A DNA stretch of 64,000 bases from positions 396,490,001 through 396,554,000 of the forward strand of contig OZ024740.1 of NCBI GenBank assembly GCA_964016885.1. The letters run 5' to 3'. This DNA comes from Eledone cirrhosa. Its lineage: Eukaryota. This document shows positions 1 to 13,465 of the stretch, in pieces; positions within the stretch are counted from its first letter, which is position 1; every line of letters starts with the position of its first letter. The translations under genes and the position numbers were made by a program. The notes below the pieces were generated by a model, which worked only from the letters and a program-made list of their open reading frames with translations, was not told where the DNA came from and ran no database searches.

Positions 1-99
1 TGCTGATATGCAAATCTGGCTGATCAGTGGATCTGCTAATATGCAGATCTGACTGATCAGCTAGTCTGCTAATATGCAAATCAGGCCAATCAGTCACTG
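1..99. repeat. ~33-bp minisatellite, 3 units (tgctRatatgcaRatc...atcag)
   Basis: Three imperfect tandem units start at 1, 34 and 67. The array is truncated by the window start. Confidence 0.8.
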
Positions 100-142
100 G
101 GTATTTTTGAAAATAGCATATATTTTCACTAGCTCTGACAGT

Positions 143-222
143 TTGGCAGGTGAACAGTGAGCTGTACTGATGAAGGGTGGTACCCAGAAACATTAGTGTC
201 TACAGTTTTGTTCACATGCCAA
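143..222 (+). ncRNA. Type I hammerhead ribozyme (canonical core)
   Basis: ctgta-CTGATGA-a-GGGT(ggt)ACCC-a-GAAA-cattagt-GTC-tacag. Stem I is extended by tgaaca/tgttca and ttggca/tgccaa. Confidence 0.8.
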
Positions 223-371
223 CACAAGAGAATGAATGAAGGGTTCATTCTACTGACATGGCTATAAAATTGAGGCTTGTTTGCATTATTACAAACGAAT
301 CGAATGTTATTACTGATATTCGAAAAACTCAGATTACATATATATATATATATATAAATAAAACATACTTA

Positions 372-2853
372 AAAAAGCCCGACAACCACCTGATCACCTA
401 TAGATCAGGGGAGCATTCTAGTCAGATATATTTTATCCTCATCAGAGGACGTGACAGATGGACAGTTATAAAGACAAAAGCCTTCCCTAGTGAGGAATGT
501 ACCTCCCAACATAGCTTAGTTGTCAGCGACCTCACGGTCAGAACTAGACGAACCTGGAAATAGAGGCCAACTTGGAGAAGAAAGACCCCTCAGCCAGTAA
601 CAGATTTAAAGATATTTTACTCAATGCCTATGACAGTACAGAAGAACAGATAGAGACATTCAATGTAGAAGAGCACTGCGAGTTCCTAAAAAATAACTTA
701 CTAGAGGCGACGAATGAGATCTGTGGCTGGAGTAAGACCACAAGCAGGAGAAGTGTGACTTGGTGGTGGAACAATAAGGTAGATGAGGCAGTTAAGGCCA
801 AGAGACAGGCATGGAAAGAATGGAAGAACGGGGGAAACAGGGTACATTACATAGAGACCAAGAAGGAAGCTAGGCGACAAGTATACTTAGCTAGGAGGGA
901 AGCAGAGGATAGAAAATTCAAGCATGTTTTGCAACGTGAGGACCAGAAACAGGAGGTGTTCAAGATAGCGAGGCAGTGTGTAAGAGAGAATTGTGATGTC
1001 ATTGGAGAGAAGTGTATCCGAAATGATAAAGGCGAGCTTGCCCTCACAAGTGCTGAGAAGAAAGATGCATGGAAGAGCCATTATGATAGATTACTAAATG
1101 ATGGGAATGCATGGGAAGAAGAGAACCTACCCCAAGTAGACCCTATAGAGGGGCCAGCAGTACAAGTCAGTAGCAGCGTAGTAAGTAAAGCAATCAAAGA
1201 TATGAAGATGGGGAAGGCAACCGGTCCATCGGGTATAGCTGCCGAGATGTGAAGGCATCTGGGTCTGTAGGTCACACTATAACCACACGTATTGTTAACC
1301 AGGTAATACTAGAAGGTGTCGTACCAAAAGATTGGTGCAGTAGCATCATTGTCAACTGCTACAAAGGTAAAGGTGATGCACTAGATAGAGGAAACTATAG
1401 AGGTATAAAGCTGATGGACAACTCATGAAAGTAACAGAAGGAGTTATAGCACAGTTGATTAGGGACCGGGTGAAACTAGATGAGATGCAATTTGGGTTTG
1501 TACCAGGAAGAGGCACCACTGATGCCCTCTTCCTTGTGAGGCAGTTACAGGAAAAGTACCTAGCTAAAAGTAAGCCACTCTACCTGGCATTCGTCGATCT
1601 CGAGAAAGCCTTTGACAGAGTTCCACGTGCTATAATTTGGTGGGCTCTTAGAAAACTAGGAGTAGATGAATGGCTTGTGAAAGCTGTACAAGCCATGTAT
1701 AGGGGAGCAGTCAGCAAAGTTAGGATTAGCAATGAGTAGAAATTAGAGAAGAAATTCCAAACTTGGAAGCAGGGACTAGAAAGAAAGGGTCTCAAAGTCA
1801 ACATGACAAAGAATAAGGTCCTTGTAAGTAGACGAGAAAACAGAACCCAGATCCCCTCAGGGAAATGGCCTTGCTCAGTATGTAGGAAAGGTGTAGGTAG
1901 GAACTCCATTCTCTGCCCCAAATGCAAACAATGGGTACACAAGAGATGTAGCGGGATCTCAGGAAGCTTAATTAAGAATGTAGGCTTCACATGTAGCAGC
2001 TGTGCTGGGACATCAAGCAGCAAACAGCCACAGGAAACAAGTACCACCAATCTCTGGGAGGGCTCTGTAGAAACAGTAGACAGCTTCTGCTACCTAGGTG
2101 ACCAAATTAGCAGCGGAGGTGGGTGTTCAGAAAGTACAATAACTAGTGTAAGAACGGGATGGAAGAAGTTTAGGGAACTACTGCCACTGCTAGCTGCAAA
2201 AGGCTTCTCCCTCAAAATGAAAGGCAGACTGTATGATGCGTGTATCCGAACAGCAATGTTACATGGTAGTGAGACCTGGGCGCTGAAGGTAGATTAGAAA
2301 GAAACGAAGCCTGCATGCTCCGATGGATGTGTAATAGTAATATACGCGAACGGCAAAGCATAAATGAATTGAGAGAGAGACTGAGCATAAGAGGAATCTA
2401 ATGCTGTGTGCAGGAGAGGCGGTTGCGTTGGTATGGATATGTGATGTGTATGAAGGATGACAGCTGCAGAGCACTAGAAGTCAATGGAAACAGTGGAGTG
2501 GGGAGACCCAGGAAGACCTGGGATGAGGTGATAAAAGACGACCTTACCCAATTACACCTCTCAAAGGCGATGACACACGACCGTGACCTCTGGCGTCACG
2601 CAGTAATACAGACTACCCGACCTCCCATGGGTACAAGCTGAAGCATATAGACAATATGCCCCCACACCCTCCCACTGCAAAAAAGCACCCAGCCCACACT
2701 GTAAAATGGACGTGTAGGCGCCATGGAAAAAAAGCACCCAGCACTCACTGTAAATGAGGTTGGTGTTAAGAAGGGCATCCAGCTGTAGAAATCAAGCCAA
2801 AATCATGAGCAAGGCATGGTCAGCCGACCAGACACTGGTGATGATGATGATGA
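372..2853 (+). mobile_element. RTE-clade LINE, family A, 5'-truncated and degenerate
   Basis: ORF pieces cover the end of the APE domain, the RT (QFGF, AFVDLEKAFDRVP), the PHD-like finger and RRLRWYG. Has stops, an internal deletion and a (GAT)n tail. Confidence 0.93.
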
Positions 2854-3002
2854 TATATATATATATATATATATAGAGTTTGGTTGGCTGGCTGGTCTAT
2901 GTGACCGTTAGTTATTGATGTAGGTAAAGCGATTTCCCCCAAAGACATTAGTATCGGCCAACAAGGAAACAAAAGCTGTTAATTATATATATATATAAGA
3001 TG

Positions 3003-3054
3003 CCCATTCCGAGCTGAAGATCCGCTAAGGTGAAACAATTGCTCTCGGTATGGG
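3003..3054 (+). ncRNA. Hammerhead-like motif, cleavage site altered
   Basis: ccgag-CTGAAGA-tccgctaaggt-GAAA-CAATTG-ct-ctcgg, with outer cccat/atggg pairing. Confidence 0.6.
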
Positions 3055-3076
3055 GAACTAACTGTTGTGTAACCAC

Positions 3077-3113
<37 letters not shown>

Positions 3114-3149
3114 TATATATATATAAAAATATATATATATATATACGAT

Positions 3150-3458
3150 ATTAACAAATGGAAACTATATTTATAAAACCATATCTATTTTATTATACAT
3201 ATTTCAAGGATACCATGTTAAATTATGGTATGCTTTCATCAGACAAAATACAATATATACCAGTTTTATAAATAAATATTGACATACCCTTTCAAAATGC
3301 AACCGTTACTTTTGGAAGACATCGGGATAGTGGATTTGTTTACTTATATTAGTAAGTCGTTGTGTAAGTCGTATATTTACTCCAAATACTTGTCGAGTGC
3401 TTTATATCAGTTATAAAAATATTTGCTTGTTGTATCCCAACAATTTAAATAGAACTTT

Positions 3459-3462
<4 letters not shown>
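3150..3462. mobile_element. Penelope-type pLTR cassette (same family as 27459-27920), hammerhead on - strand at 3186-3250
   Basis: Visible similarity to 27460-27610 and 27835-27920. The minus strand reads tattttgt-CTGATGA-aag...ctt-GAAA-tatgtaTA-ataaaata. Confidence 0.75.
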
Positions 3463-3500
<38 letters not shown>

Positions 3501-3616
3501 TATATATATAAAAATATATATATATATATAAATATAAAAATATATATATATAAAAATATATATATATATATATATATATATACGTTATTCCGGTAGAATC
3601 TCATCTATATTAAAAC

Positions 3617-3666
<50 letters not shown>

Positions 3667-4105
3667 TATATATATAAAAATATATATATATATATATAAA
3701 TATATATATATAAAAATTTAAATATATATATATAAATATATATATATAAAAATTTAAATATATATATATAAATATATATATATAAAAATATATATATATA
3801 TGTATAAATATATATATATAAAAATATATATATATAAAAATATATATATATATATATAAAAATATATATATATATATAAAAATATATATATATATATGTA
3901 TAAATATATATATATATTTTTATATATATATATATATTTTTATATATATATATATATATATTTTTATATATATATATTTTTATATATATATATTTATACA
4001 TATATATATATATTTTTATATATATATATTTATATATATATATTTAAATTTTTATATATATATATTTATATATATATATTTAAATTTTTATATATATATA
4101 AATAT
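3462..4105. repeat. Complex (TA)n/TAAA microsatellite with internal inverted duplication
   Basis: 3781-3840 is the reverse complement of 3961-4020. Confidence 0.85.
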
Positions 4106-4107
4106 AG

Positions 4108-4717
4108 CGTTGGTATGGACACGTGATGCGCATGAAAGTTGATAGCTGTATAACAAAGTGCAGGGCAATAAAGATAGACGGTAGCCACGGAATAGGCAGA
4201 CCTAAAAAAACCTGGGATGAGCTGATAAACTCCGACCTCACACACTTACACCTCTCCAAGACAATGTCACTGGACCGAGACCTTTGGCGGTACTCAGTAA
4301 TAGAGAAGACCCGCCTTACCTAAATACATAGTAAAACCTACTACAGTCAGTAGGCATCTCTAACAAAATACACCCCCGTCCCACCACCCCCACCCCATCC
4401 ACACCGCCCCCTTCTATGTAAAGTTATGTTGGTGCCACACCATCCAGGCCGAAACAAATGAATTCGTGTAGGTGTCACGGCAAAAAAACACACAGTCCAC
4501 GCTGTAATGTGGCCGTGTAGGCAACACGGTAAAAACCTCCCAGACCCATACTGTAAATGTGGTTGGTGTTAGGAAGGGCACCCAACTGTAGAAAACCTGC
4601 CAGACAGTCCTATGCGAGCAAGACAATCACTCTTGCCTCAAGTGGGAAAACCCCCGTCCAAACCCATGCAAGCGTGGAATACGGACGTTAAACGTTGATG
4701 ATGATGATGATGATGAT
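4108..4717 (+). mobile_element. RTE family B 3' fragment
   Basis: C-terminus ...GRPKKTW...EKTRLT, 3' UTR and (GAT)n tail running into (TA)n. Confidence 0.92.
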
Positions 4718-4736
4718 ATAAATATATATATATATA

Positions 4737-4774
<38 letters not shown>

Positions 4775-4973
4775 AATATATATATATAAATATATATATA
4801 AATATATATATAAATATATATATATAAATATATATATATAAATATATATATAAATATATATATATAAATATATATATATAAATATATATATATAAATATA
4901 TATATATAAATATATATATATAAATATATATATATAAATATATATATAAATATATATATAAATATATATATAA

Positions 4974-5016
<43 letters not shown>

Positions 5017-5049
5017 TATATATAAATATATATATAAATATATATATAA

Positions 5050-5085
<36 letters not shown>
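4718..5085. repeat. (TA)n/TAAA microsatellite
   Basis: Seen directly. Confidence 0.95.
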
Positions 5086-5530
5086 TAGTGAAAAAGAACA
5101 AAGGAACTATTATGACATTATAACAAGTTTATTGCCGACAGCCGTTTCGTCCGACCCCATGGTGGGACTTATCAAGGCATATAACATGTGATTGCAAGAT
5201 CATTGTTTACATCAACGTATCACTCAAGGCTATACAAGCGGAGTTGCTGATGTATACAACAATTTCAAACTGCTAGCCTTGAGTGATACGTTGATGTAAA
5301 CAATGATCTTGCAATCACATGTTATATGCCTTGATAAGTCCCACCATGGGGTCGGACGAAACGGCTGTCGGCAATAAACTTGTTATAATGTCATAATAGT
5401 TCCTTTGTTCTTTTTCACTAATATTTCTGCTCTGCGTATACGCATAGAGCTTAACTAGCTACCGTCACATATTTGGTAAGTCAGACGTGATCATCGCGAT
5501 TCACATACGACCTACCATACATCTTACTTA
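5082..5530 (+). mobile_element. Fold-back Penelope-type cassette: 151-bp inverted arms (5082-5232 / 5274-5424) plus unique tail, hammerhead in each arm
   Basis: Arms are reverse complements. HHR at 5327-5373: tgcc-TTGATAA-GTCC..GGAC-GAAA-cggct-GTC-ggca. Flanked by (TA)n. Confidence 0.8.
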
Positions 5531-5535
5531 TATAT

Positions 5536-5581
<46 letters not shown>

Positions 5582-6014
5582 GGATTAACAAATAATAATA
5601 GTTAAATGCAGTCCACTTAGGTAAAGTCCAGTTATGGTATTCCAGGTAGTGGATGATATTAACGCTTGGCTTGGTTTGACTCAACAAGGCGTTTTCATAG
5701 TGATGCTGCGGGTATGCTGTAATTCCTATGTTGTAAACACTTTTCTTGCCTGTGTATTTTCTTCATTCTCGCATGCTCCGAAGATCTGACTGGTTATAAT
5801 TCTGTATTGGCGATCGAGTAACGCAAAGTTAAGCGGATAGCGATCTCTAGACATACCAGTTCAGTGAAACAAATGTAAGCTATGTGATTAAAAACTTTTT
5901 TGTATAGCAAACCATGTAAACCTTCTTTCCTGATTTATATATATATATATATAGATATTTCGTTTCTGAATTTGTTTAGCAAGATTCTTTATCTGAAATC
6001 GTGTGTTGAAACCG

Positions 6015-6430
6015 ATATTGTTATACTTTGGGAGGATCATGTTGCCAATAAGAAACACACGCACCAGTTGCTTTCACTTCAATTTATTATATATTTATAC
6101 ATTTATAAATTTATAAATTTCTGGTTGGTTGGTTGGTTGGTTCCACAACCAGATAGTTGTTTATATATAGTCATAGTTCTTTCGTCACACAGAAACAAAA
6201 TGGCGTAGGACAGAACAAAGGAGAGGCACAGAAACAAAGAAAGGAATCCCCAGTCACTGAAGAGGTCACAGAGTGTGTGACGAAAGAACTATGACTATAT
6301 ATAAACAACTATCTGGTTGTGGAACCAACCAACCAACCAGAAATTTATAAATTTATAAATATATAATAAATTGAAGTTAAAGCAACTGGCGCGTGTGTTT
6401 CTTATTGGCAACATGACCCTCCCAAAGTAT

Positions 6431-6438
<8 letters not shown>
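6015..6438. mobile_element. Fold-back cassette (arms ~6015-6191 / 6275-6438) with hammerhead at 6252-6296 (+)
   Basis: agtca-CTGAAGA-g-GTCACA(gagtg)TGTGAC-GAAA-gaac-TA-tgact. Confidence 0.75.
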
Positions 6439-6463
<25 letters not shown>

Positions 6464-6467
<4 letters not shown>

Positions 6468-7775
6468 ATGAAATGACAGGAGGCTGGATTTGTGTAAATC
6501 CTTGAAAGGTTTATTATACTATGATCGGGTTCCGTATGAATCCAGTGATATCATCAGGTATTCGAAATATAATACGTGAATGTAATAGATAAAATCCATG
6601 GGGCTGAAAATCGAGGGCCCGAGGGCGACCGCTATTCTGTTCCTTCAACCTCAGCCGGTCGCCCTCGAGTGACGTGCCTAAAGTTTATAGTATGCTACCA
6701 CCGGTCAGATAAACGAAAACAGAAAGGTATGGGAACATAAGTTAGCGTCAATCTCATGACACAAGGTAAAAGAAAGAAAGAAAGGAAGGAGAGAGAAGAG
6801 GGGGAAGAAAGAAGAAGAGAAGCCAGGGTTAATGTCAGCTAAAAGAAGAAATGCAACTACTATCGGTCAGATATAGGCAAGCAAGAGGGGGAAGGAAGAT
6901 AAGTCTGCGGGAGGAAGACAGGAAGAGGGGAGGAGAGAAGGAAGAGAAGAGAGAAGTAGAAAAGTAAGGGTTGATGGCTACAAGAAGGAAGATAGAAAGA
7001 AAGAGGAAGAAAGGTCGATATTAATGTCAGACCACAGTCAGGCCAGTAGTGGCGCGAGAAATTTTCACAGGGACCCGCATCTTAGCAGAGGTGAATATAT
7101 TGGGAGTCAGTGTGTTACAATGTTTAGACTTCTAGGATGAAGTTAAAAAATTAATAATCAATATTCAATATTAAAGACGTTAGAAAATTTAAAGTTCAAC
7201 AGTTTAACATTTTCAGGTTAATATATCTAATAGTTCCGATTTGTTCTGTAATTTAAAGGTACTATGTGGCGGTTAAAACACCGGCCGCGCCCCGGGCCCC
7301 ATGGCGAATTAAGCTACGCCGAGTATTTTCATTTACCGAAAGAAGGGGAAATTTATTTTTCCAAGCACTCCAGGTAAGCTTGTGCGCCAGGGAGCTGGTC
7401 GCGCCGCCACGTCACTCGAGGGCGACTGGCTGAGGTTGAAGGAACAGAATAGCGGTCGCCCTCGGGCCCTCGATTTTCAGCCCCATGGATTTTATCTATT
7501 ACATTCACGTATTATATTTCGAATACCTGATAATATCACCGGATTCATACGGAACCCGGTCATTGAAATGATCATAGTATAATAAACCTTTCAAGGATTT
7601 ACACAAATCCAGCCTCCTGTCATTTCATTATAATATTTAACTCCGTAATAGCACCACCAACTACAAAAACAAAGACGGTTGAACTGCCTTACGTTGAGTA
7701 CTCTCTATATTATTGCATTACGATTGACCATACGGAATAGACCAGCTCTATACAGTGGTAAACCTCAAACCTGAA
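6464..7775 (+). mobile_element. Fold-back cassette (arms ~6464-6676 / 7408-7632, ~730-bp spacer) with hammerhead at 7523-7580
   Basis: atac-CTGATAA-...-GAAA-TGATCA-TA-gtat. The left arm keeps CTGATGA but has lost the GAAA segment. Confidence 0.7.
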
Positions 7776-7795
7776 TATATATATATATATATAAA

Positions 7796-8262
7796 TCATC
7801 ATCATCATCATCATTTAACATCCATCTTCCACGCTTGCATGGGTTTGGACGGGATGTTTCCCAAAGAGGCAAGAATTGTTGTCCTGCTCGTATAGCGGGT
7901 TTACTACGGCTGGATGCCCTTCCTAACACCAACCACGTTTACAGTGTGGACTGGGTTTTTTTTACCGTGTTACCTACACGGCCACATTACACCGTGGACT
8001 GTGTGTTTTTTTTGTCGTGACACCTACGCGACCTTATTTGTTTTGGACTGGATGTTGTGGTACCAACATAACTTCACATTTAAGGGGGTGGTGTGGATGG
8101 GGTGAGGTAGTGGGACGGGGGTGGTGGTGGTGTATTTTGTTAGAGGTGCCTGCTGACTGTAGGTTTCGCTTTGTACTTAGGCAAGGCGGGTCTTCTGTAA
8201 ACTGTGTAGCGCCAAAGATCTCGGTCCAGTGACATTGTCTTGGAGAAGTGTAAGTGTGTAAG
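7796..8262 (-). mobile_element. RTE family B-like 3' fragment
   Basis: (CAT)n followed by the reverse complement of the 3' UTR and C-terminus. Confidence 0.9.
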
Positions 8263-8265
8263 TGT

Positions 8266-8589
<324 letters not shown>

Positions 8590-11500
8590 GATGGATGGAT
8601 GGATGGATGGACTGCGGAATCCTGGAGAGTGGAAGGGAGAGAAAAATCTGGACGCTCAGAGCGAAAATGCCAATGTTAAAGTCAAATTCACCTCGTGGAC
8701 GAGAATGCGAGCACTCCTCTTTGTTTCGTCCGCGGATGGCTAACATAACCCCATCTCCCCCCGCCCCCCACCACCCCCACCCTCCAAACGCAATCCAAAA
8801 CTTCAGAGTTGGTACCATAAATGTAGGCACCCTGAACGTAAGGAGGTCGATGTTTGTTGTATTCAAGAGACCAGGTGGAGGGGTGGGTCTGCTAGATTCA
8901 TTGAGGGTAAAAAACGATGTTATAAGCTTTTCTGGGTGGGAAACGACGATGGTCTGGGTGGAGTAGGAATCATGGTAGCAGAAAAGTGGGCAGATAAGAT
9001 AATAGACGTAAATAGAGTGAACGACAGAATAATTAAAATACGACTTGTCCTCAATAGAACTACGGTGACAGTAATATCTGCGTACGCACCCCAATCCGGA
9101 CTGCCCGGCACTATAAAAGACAGATTCTATGAGACACTGTTGCTAACTACCTCCCAAATATCTGACAGTGACTATATAATTATTGCAGGCGACCTAAATG
9201 GTCACGTTGGACAACATTGTGACGGCTACGACGAAATCCATGGAGGCTATGGGTTTGGTACTAGAAATGAGGAAGGCTCCAGAATCCTGGAATTCTGTGA
9301 TGCAAATAACCTAACTATCTGTAACACTAACTTCAAAAAACGTGACAATCACCTGATCACCTATAGATCCGGGGAACACACAAGCCAGGTAGATTATATC
9401 CTTACCAGAAGACGTGACAGAGTGTCTGTTGTAAACACTAAATCCCTCCCCCATGAAGAATGCACCTCCCAACATAGACTGATAATTAGCGACCTCATAG
9501 TCAGGACGAGACGTACTCGACAGCAGAAGAGGACTATCCTCAGGAGGAAAATATGGAAGCTAAAGGACCCCACAGCCAGAAATAAATTTCAAAGCATATT
9601 ACTTGATGCTTTCGACAGTAAGGAAGAGCATCTAGAGTCGGACAATATAGAGGGACAGTGGGAATTTCTGAAAGCAAACCTGCTGTTGGCGACAGACGAA
9701 GTCTGTGGCTGGAGCAGGCCTGTAGGCAGGAGGAGAGTAACATGGTGGTGGAACAAGTAAGGTGGAGGGGTCAATTAAGGCCAAAAAGCAGGCTTGGAAA
9801 GTATGGCGGGATGGGGGAAGTAGAGTAGACTATCAAGTGGCCAGGAGGGAAGCTAGGAGAGAAGTGTACTTAGCAAGAAGGGAAGCTGAGGAAAGAAAGT
9901 TCAAGCATGTTCTACAACGCGATGACCAAAAACGTGAGGTGTTCAGGATTGCTAGGCAATGCGTCAAGGAAAACCGTGATATTGTCGGGGAGAAGTGTGT
10001 ACTTAACGATGATGGCATACTTGCCATCACCGACACTGATAAGAAGGTAGCTTGGAAGTGTCACTATGAAAGGCTACTAAATGAGGAGAATAAATGGGAG
10101 AAAGACAGTCTCCCCCATATCGACCCAATAGAGGGACCAGCAGTGTTAGTCGAGGGGAGTATAATAAGTAAGGCAATCAAGGATATGAAGACGGGTAAGG
10201 CGGCTGGGCCTTCGGAAATAGTTGCTGAGATGCTGAAGGCATCTGGCACGGTGGGACACACCATGGTCACCCGCATAGTTAACCAAGTCGTACAGAATGG
10301 GGTTGTTCCGAAGGACTGGCATAGCAGCATCATCGTTAACTGTTATAAGGGAAAAGGAGACGCCCTAGATAGGAGTAACTATAGAGGCATTAAATTAATC
10401 GACCAGGTCATGAAGGTCACGGAAAAAGTAATAGCGCAACTAATCAGAGAGAGAATTGACCTAGATGAAATGCAGTTCGGGTTTGTGTCAGGCAAAAGTA
10501 CCACAGACGCGCTTTTCATAGTACGTCAACTACAGGAGAAGTACCTAGCTAAAGGTAAACCCCTCTACTTAGCTTTTGTCGACCTGGAGAAAGCCTTCGA
10601 CAGAGTCCCCCGCTCCATTATCTGGTGGGCTCTTAGAAAACTAGGCGTTGACGAATGGCTTGTGAGGGCTATACAAGCCATGTATAAAGAAACAGTCAGC
10701 AAGGTTAGAATTAACAACGAATATAGTGAAGAGTTTAGCATAAAAGTTGGCGTCCATCAGGGCTCTGTTCTCAGCCCCCTACTATTTATTATTGCCCTTC
10801 AGGCTATAACAGAGGAGTTCAAGACAGGCTGCCCATGGGAACTCCTATACGCAGACGACCTGACACTCATAGCGGAATCAATGGCCGAGCTAGAGAAGAA
10901 ATTCCAAACATGGAAGCACGGCCTAGAGTCAAAAGGACTTAAAATTAACCTGGCTAAGACCAAAGTTCTAGTTTGTAGGAAAGAAAACAAGGCGGCGGTC
11001 CCTTCTGGGAAATGGTCGTGCTCGGTGTGTAGGAAAGGCGTAGGTAGAAACTCCATTTTATGTCCTAAATGCAAAGTATGGGTGCATAAAAGATGTAGTG
11101 GGATCACAGGTAAGCTAACTAAGAACATAGATTTTACATGTGGCCGGTGTTCTGGTGCAATAAGTAGAATACTAGCTCTTTCAATTGCGCAGAGGGTTCT
11201 ATAGAAATAGTGGACAGCTTCCGTTACCTGGGCGATAAAATCAGCAGTGGGGGAGGGTGCTCTGAAAGTACAGTAGCTAGAGTCAGAACTGGTTGGAAAA
11301 AGTTCAGAGAGCTTATACCACTATTAGCTGCTAAAGGGTTCTCCCTAAAAATGAAAGGCAGGTTGTACGATGCCTGCATACGAACAGCAATGTTGCATGG
11401 CAGTGAGACCTGGGCATTGTGTGCAGAGGATATACGCAGACTAGAGAGGAACGAAGCTTGCATGCTCCGCTGGATGTGTAACAGTAATATACGTGAACGG

Positions 11501-12214
11501 CAAAGCAGAAACGAACTAAGGAAAAACTTAGAGATAAGAGGGATCAGATGTTGTTTACTCGAGAGAAGGCTACGTTGGTATGGACACGTGATGCGCATGA
11601 AAGTCGATAGCTGTATAACAAAGTGCAGGGCAACAAAGATAGACGGTAGTCACGGAATAGGCAGACCTAGAAAAACCTGGGACGAGCTGATAAACTCCGA
11701 CATCACACACTTACACCTCTCCAAGACAATGTCAATGGACCGAGACCTTTGGCGGTACTCAGTAACAGAGAAGACCCGCCTTACCTAAATATATATAGTA
11801 AAACCTACTCCAGCCAGTAGGCATCTCTAACAAAATACCCCCCGTCCCACCACCACCACCCCCACCCCATCCACACCACCCCGTTCTATGTAAAGTTATG
11901 TTGGTGCCGCGCGATCCAGGCCGAAACAAATGAGATCGTGTAGGCCGAAACAAATGAGATCGTGTAGGTGTCACGACAAAAAAACACACAGTCCACGCTG
12001 TAATGTGGCCGTGTAGGCAACACGGTAAAAACCTCCCAGACCCACACTGTAAATGTGGTTGGTGTTAGGAAGGGCATCCAACTGTAGAAAACCTGCCAGA
12101 CAGTCCTATGCGAGCAAGACAATCACTCTTGCCTCAAGTGGGACTACCCCCGTCCAAACCCATGCAAGCATGGAACACGGGACGTTAAACGTTGATGATG
12201 ATGATGATGATGAT
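8590..12214 (+). mobile_element. RTE family B, near full length (APE + RT + PHD-like finger), frameshifted
   Basis: [42 protein letters not shown] and YADD are all present. 5' (ATGG)n and 3' (GAT)n. Frameshifts near 8840, 9760 and 11170. Confidence 0.96.
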
Positions 12215-12249
<35 letters not shown>

Positions 12250-12282
12250 AATATATATAAATATATATATATATATATAAAT

Positions 12283-12313
<31 letters not shown>

Positions 12314-12385
12314 AAAAAATATATATATATAAAAAAATATATATATATAAAAAAATATATATATATAAAAATATATATATATATA

Positions 12386-12454
<69 letters not shown>

Positions 12455-13376
12455 CTCTGAAAGTACAGTAGCTAGAGTCAGAACTGGATGGAAAAAGTTC
12501 AGAGAGCTTATACCACTATTAACCGCTAAAGGGTTCTCCCTAAAAATGAAAGGCAGGTTGTATGATGCCTGCATACGAACAGCAATGTTGCATGGCAGTG
12601 AGACCTGGGCATTGTGTGCAGAGGATATACGCAGACTAGAGAGGAACGAAGCTTGCATGCTCCGCTGGATGTGTAATAGAAATATACGTGAACGGCAAAG
12701 CATAAACGAACTAAGGAAAAAATTAGAAATAAGAGGGATCAGATGTTGTTTACTCGAGAGAAGGCTACGTTGGTATGGTCACGTGATGCGCATGAAAGAT
12801 GATAGCTGTATAACAAAGTGCAGGGCAATAAAGATAGACGGTAGCCACAGAGTAGGCAGACCCAGTAAAACCTGGGACGAGCTGATAAATTCCGACCTCA
12901 CACACTTACACCTCTCCAAGACAATGTCACTGGACCGAGACCTTTGGCGGTACTCAGTAATAGAGAAGACCCGCCTTACCTAAATACAAAGTAAAACCTA
13001 CTACAGTCAGTAGGCATCTCTAACAAAATACACCCCGTCCCACCACCCCCACCCCATCCACACCGCCCCTTTCAATGTAAAGTTATGTTGGTGCCACAAC
13101 ATCCAGGCCGAAACAAATGAGATCGTGTAGGTGTCACAACAAAAAAACACACAGCCCACGCTGTAATGTGGCCGTGTAGGCAACACGGTAAAAACCTCCC
13201 AGCCCCACACTGTAAATGTGGTTGGTGTTAGGAAGGGCATCCAGCTGTAGAAAACCCGCCAGACAGTCATATGCGAGCAAGACAATCACTCTTGCCTCAA
13301 GTGGGAAAACCCCCGTCCAAACCCATGCAAGCGTGGAACACGGACGTTAAACGTTGATGATGATGATGATGATGAT
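12455..13376 (+). mobile_element. RTE family B 3' fragment
   Basis: ORF 12546-12983, 3' UTR and (GAT)n, bounded by (TA)n on both sides. Confidence 0.94.
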
Positions 13377-13379
13377 ATA

Positions 13380-13429
<50 letters not shown>

Positions 13430-13465
13430 AATATATATATATATAAATATATAAATATATAAATA

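Noticed and set aside
3407-5101. Long YI-repeat ORFs (also near 8177, 12185, 23109 and 57208)
   Set aside because: Translations of (TA)n microsatellites.
5590-5935. Unique-looking segment as a possible exon
   Set aside because: No recognisable protein in the frames I translated and no convincing splice pair.
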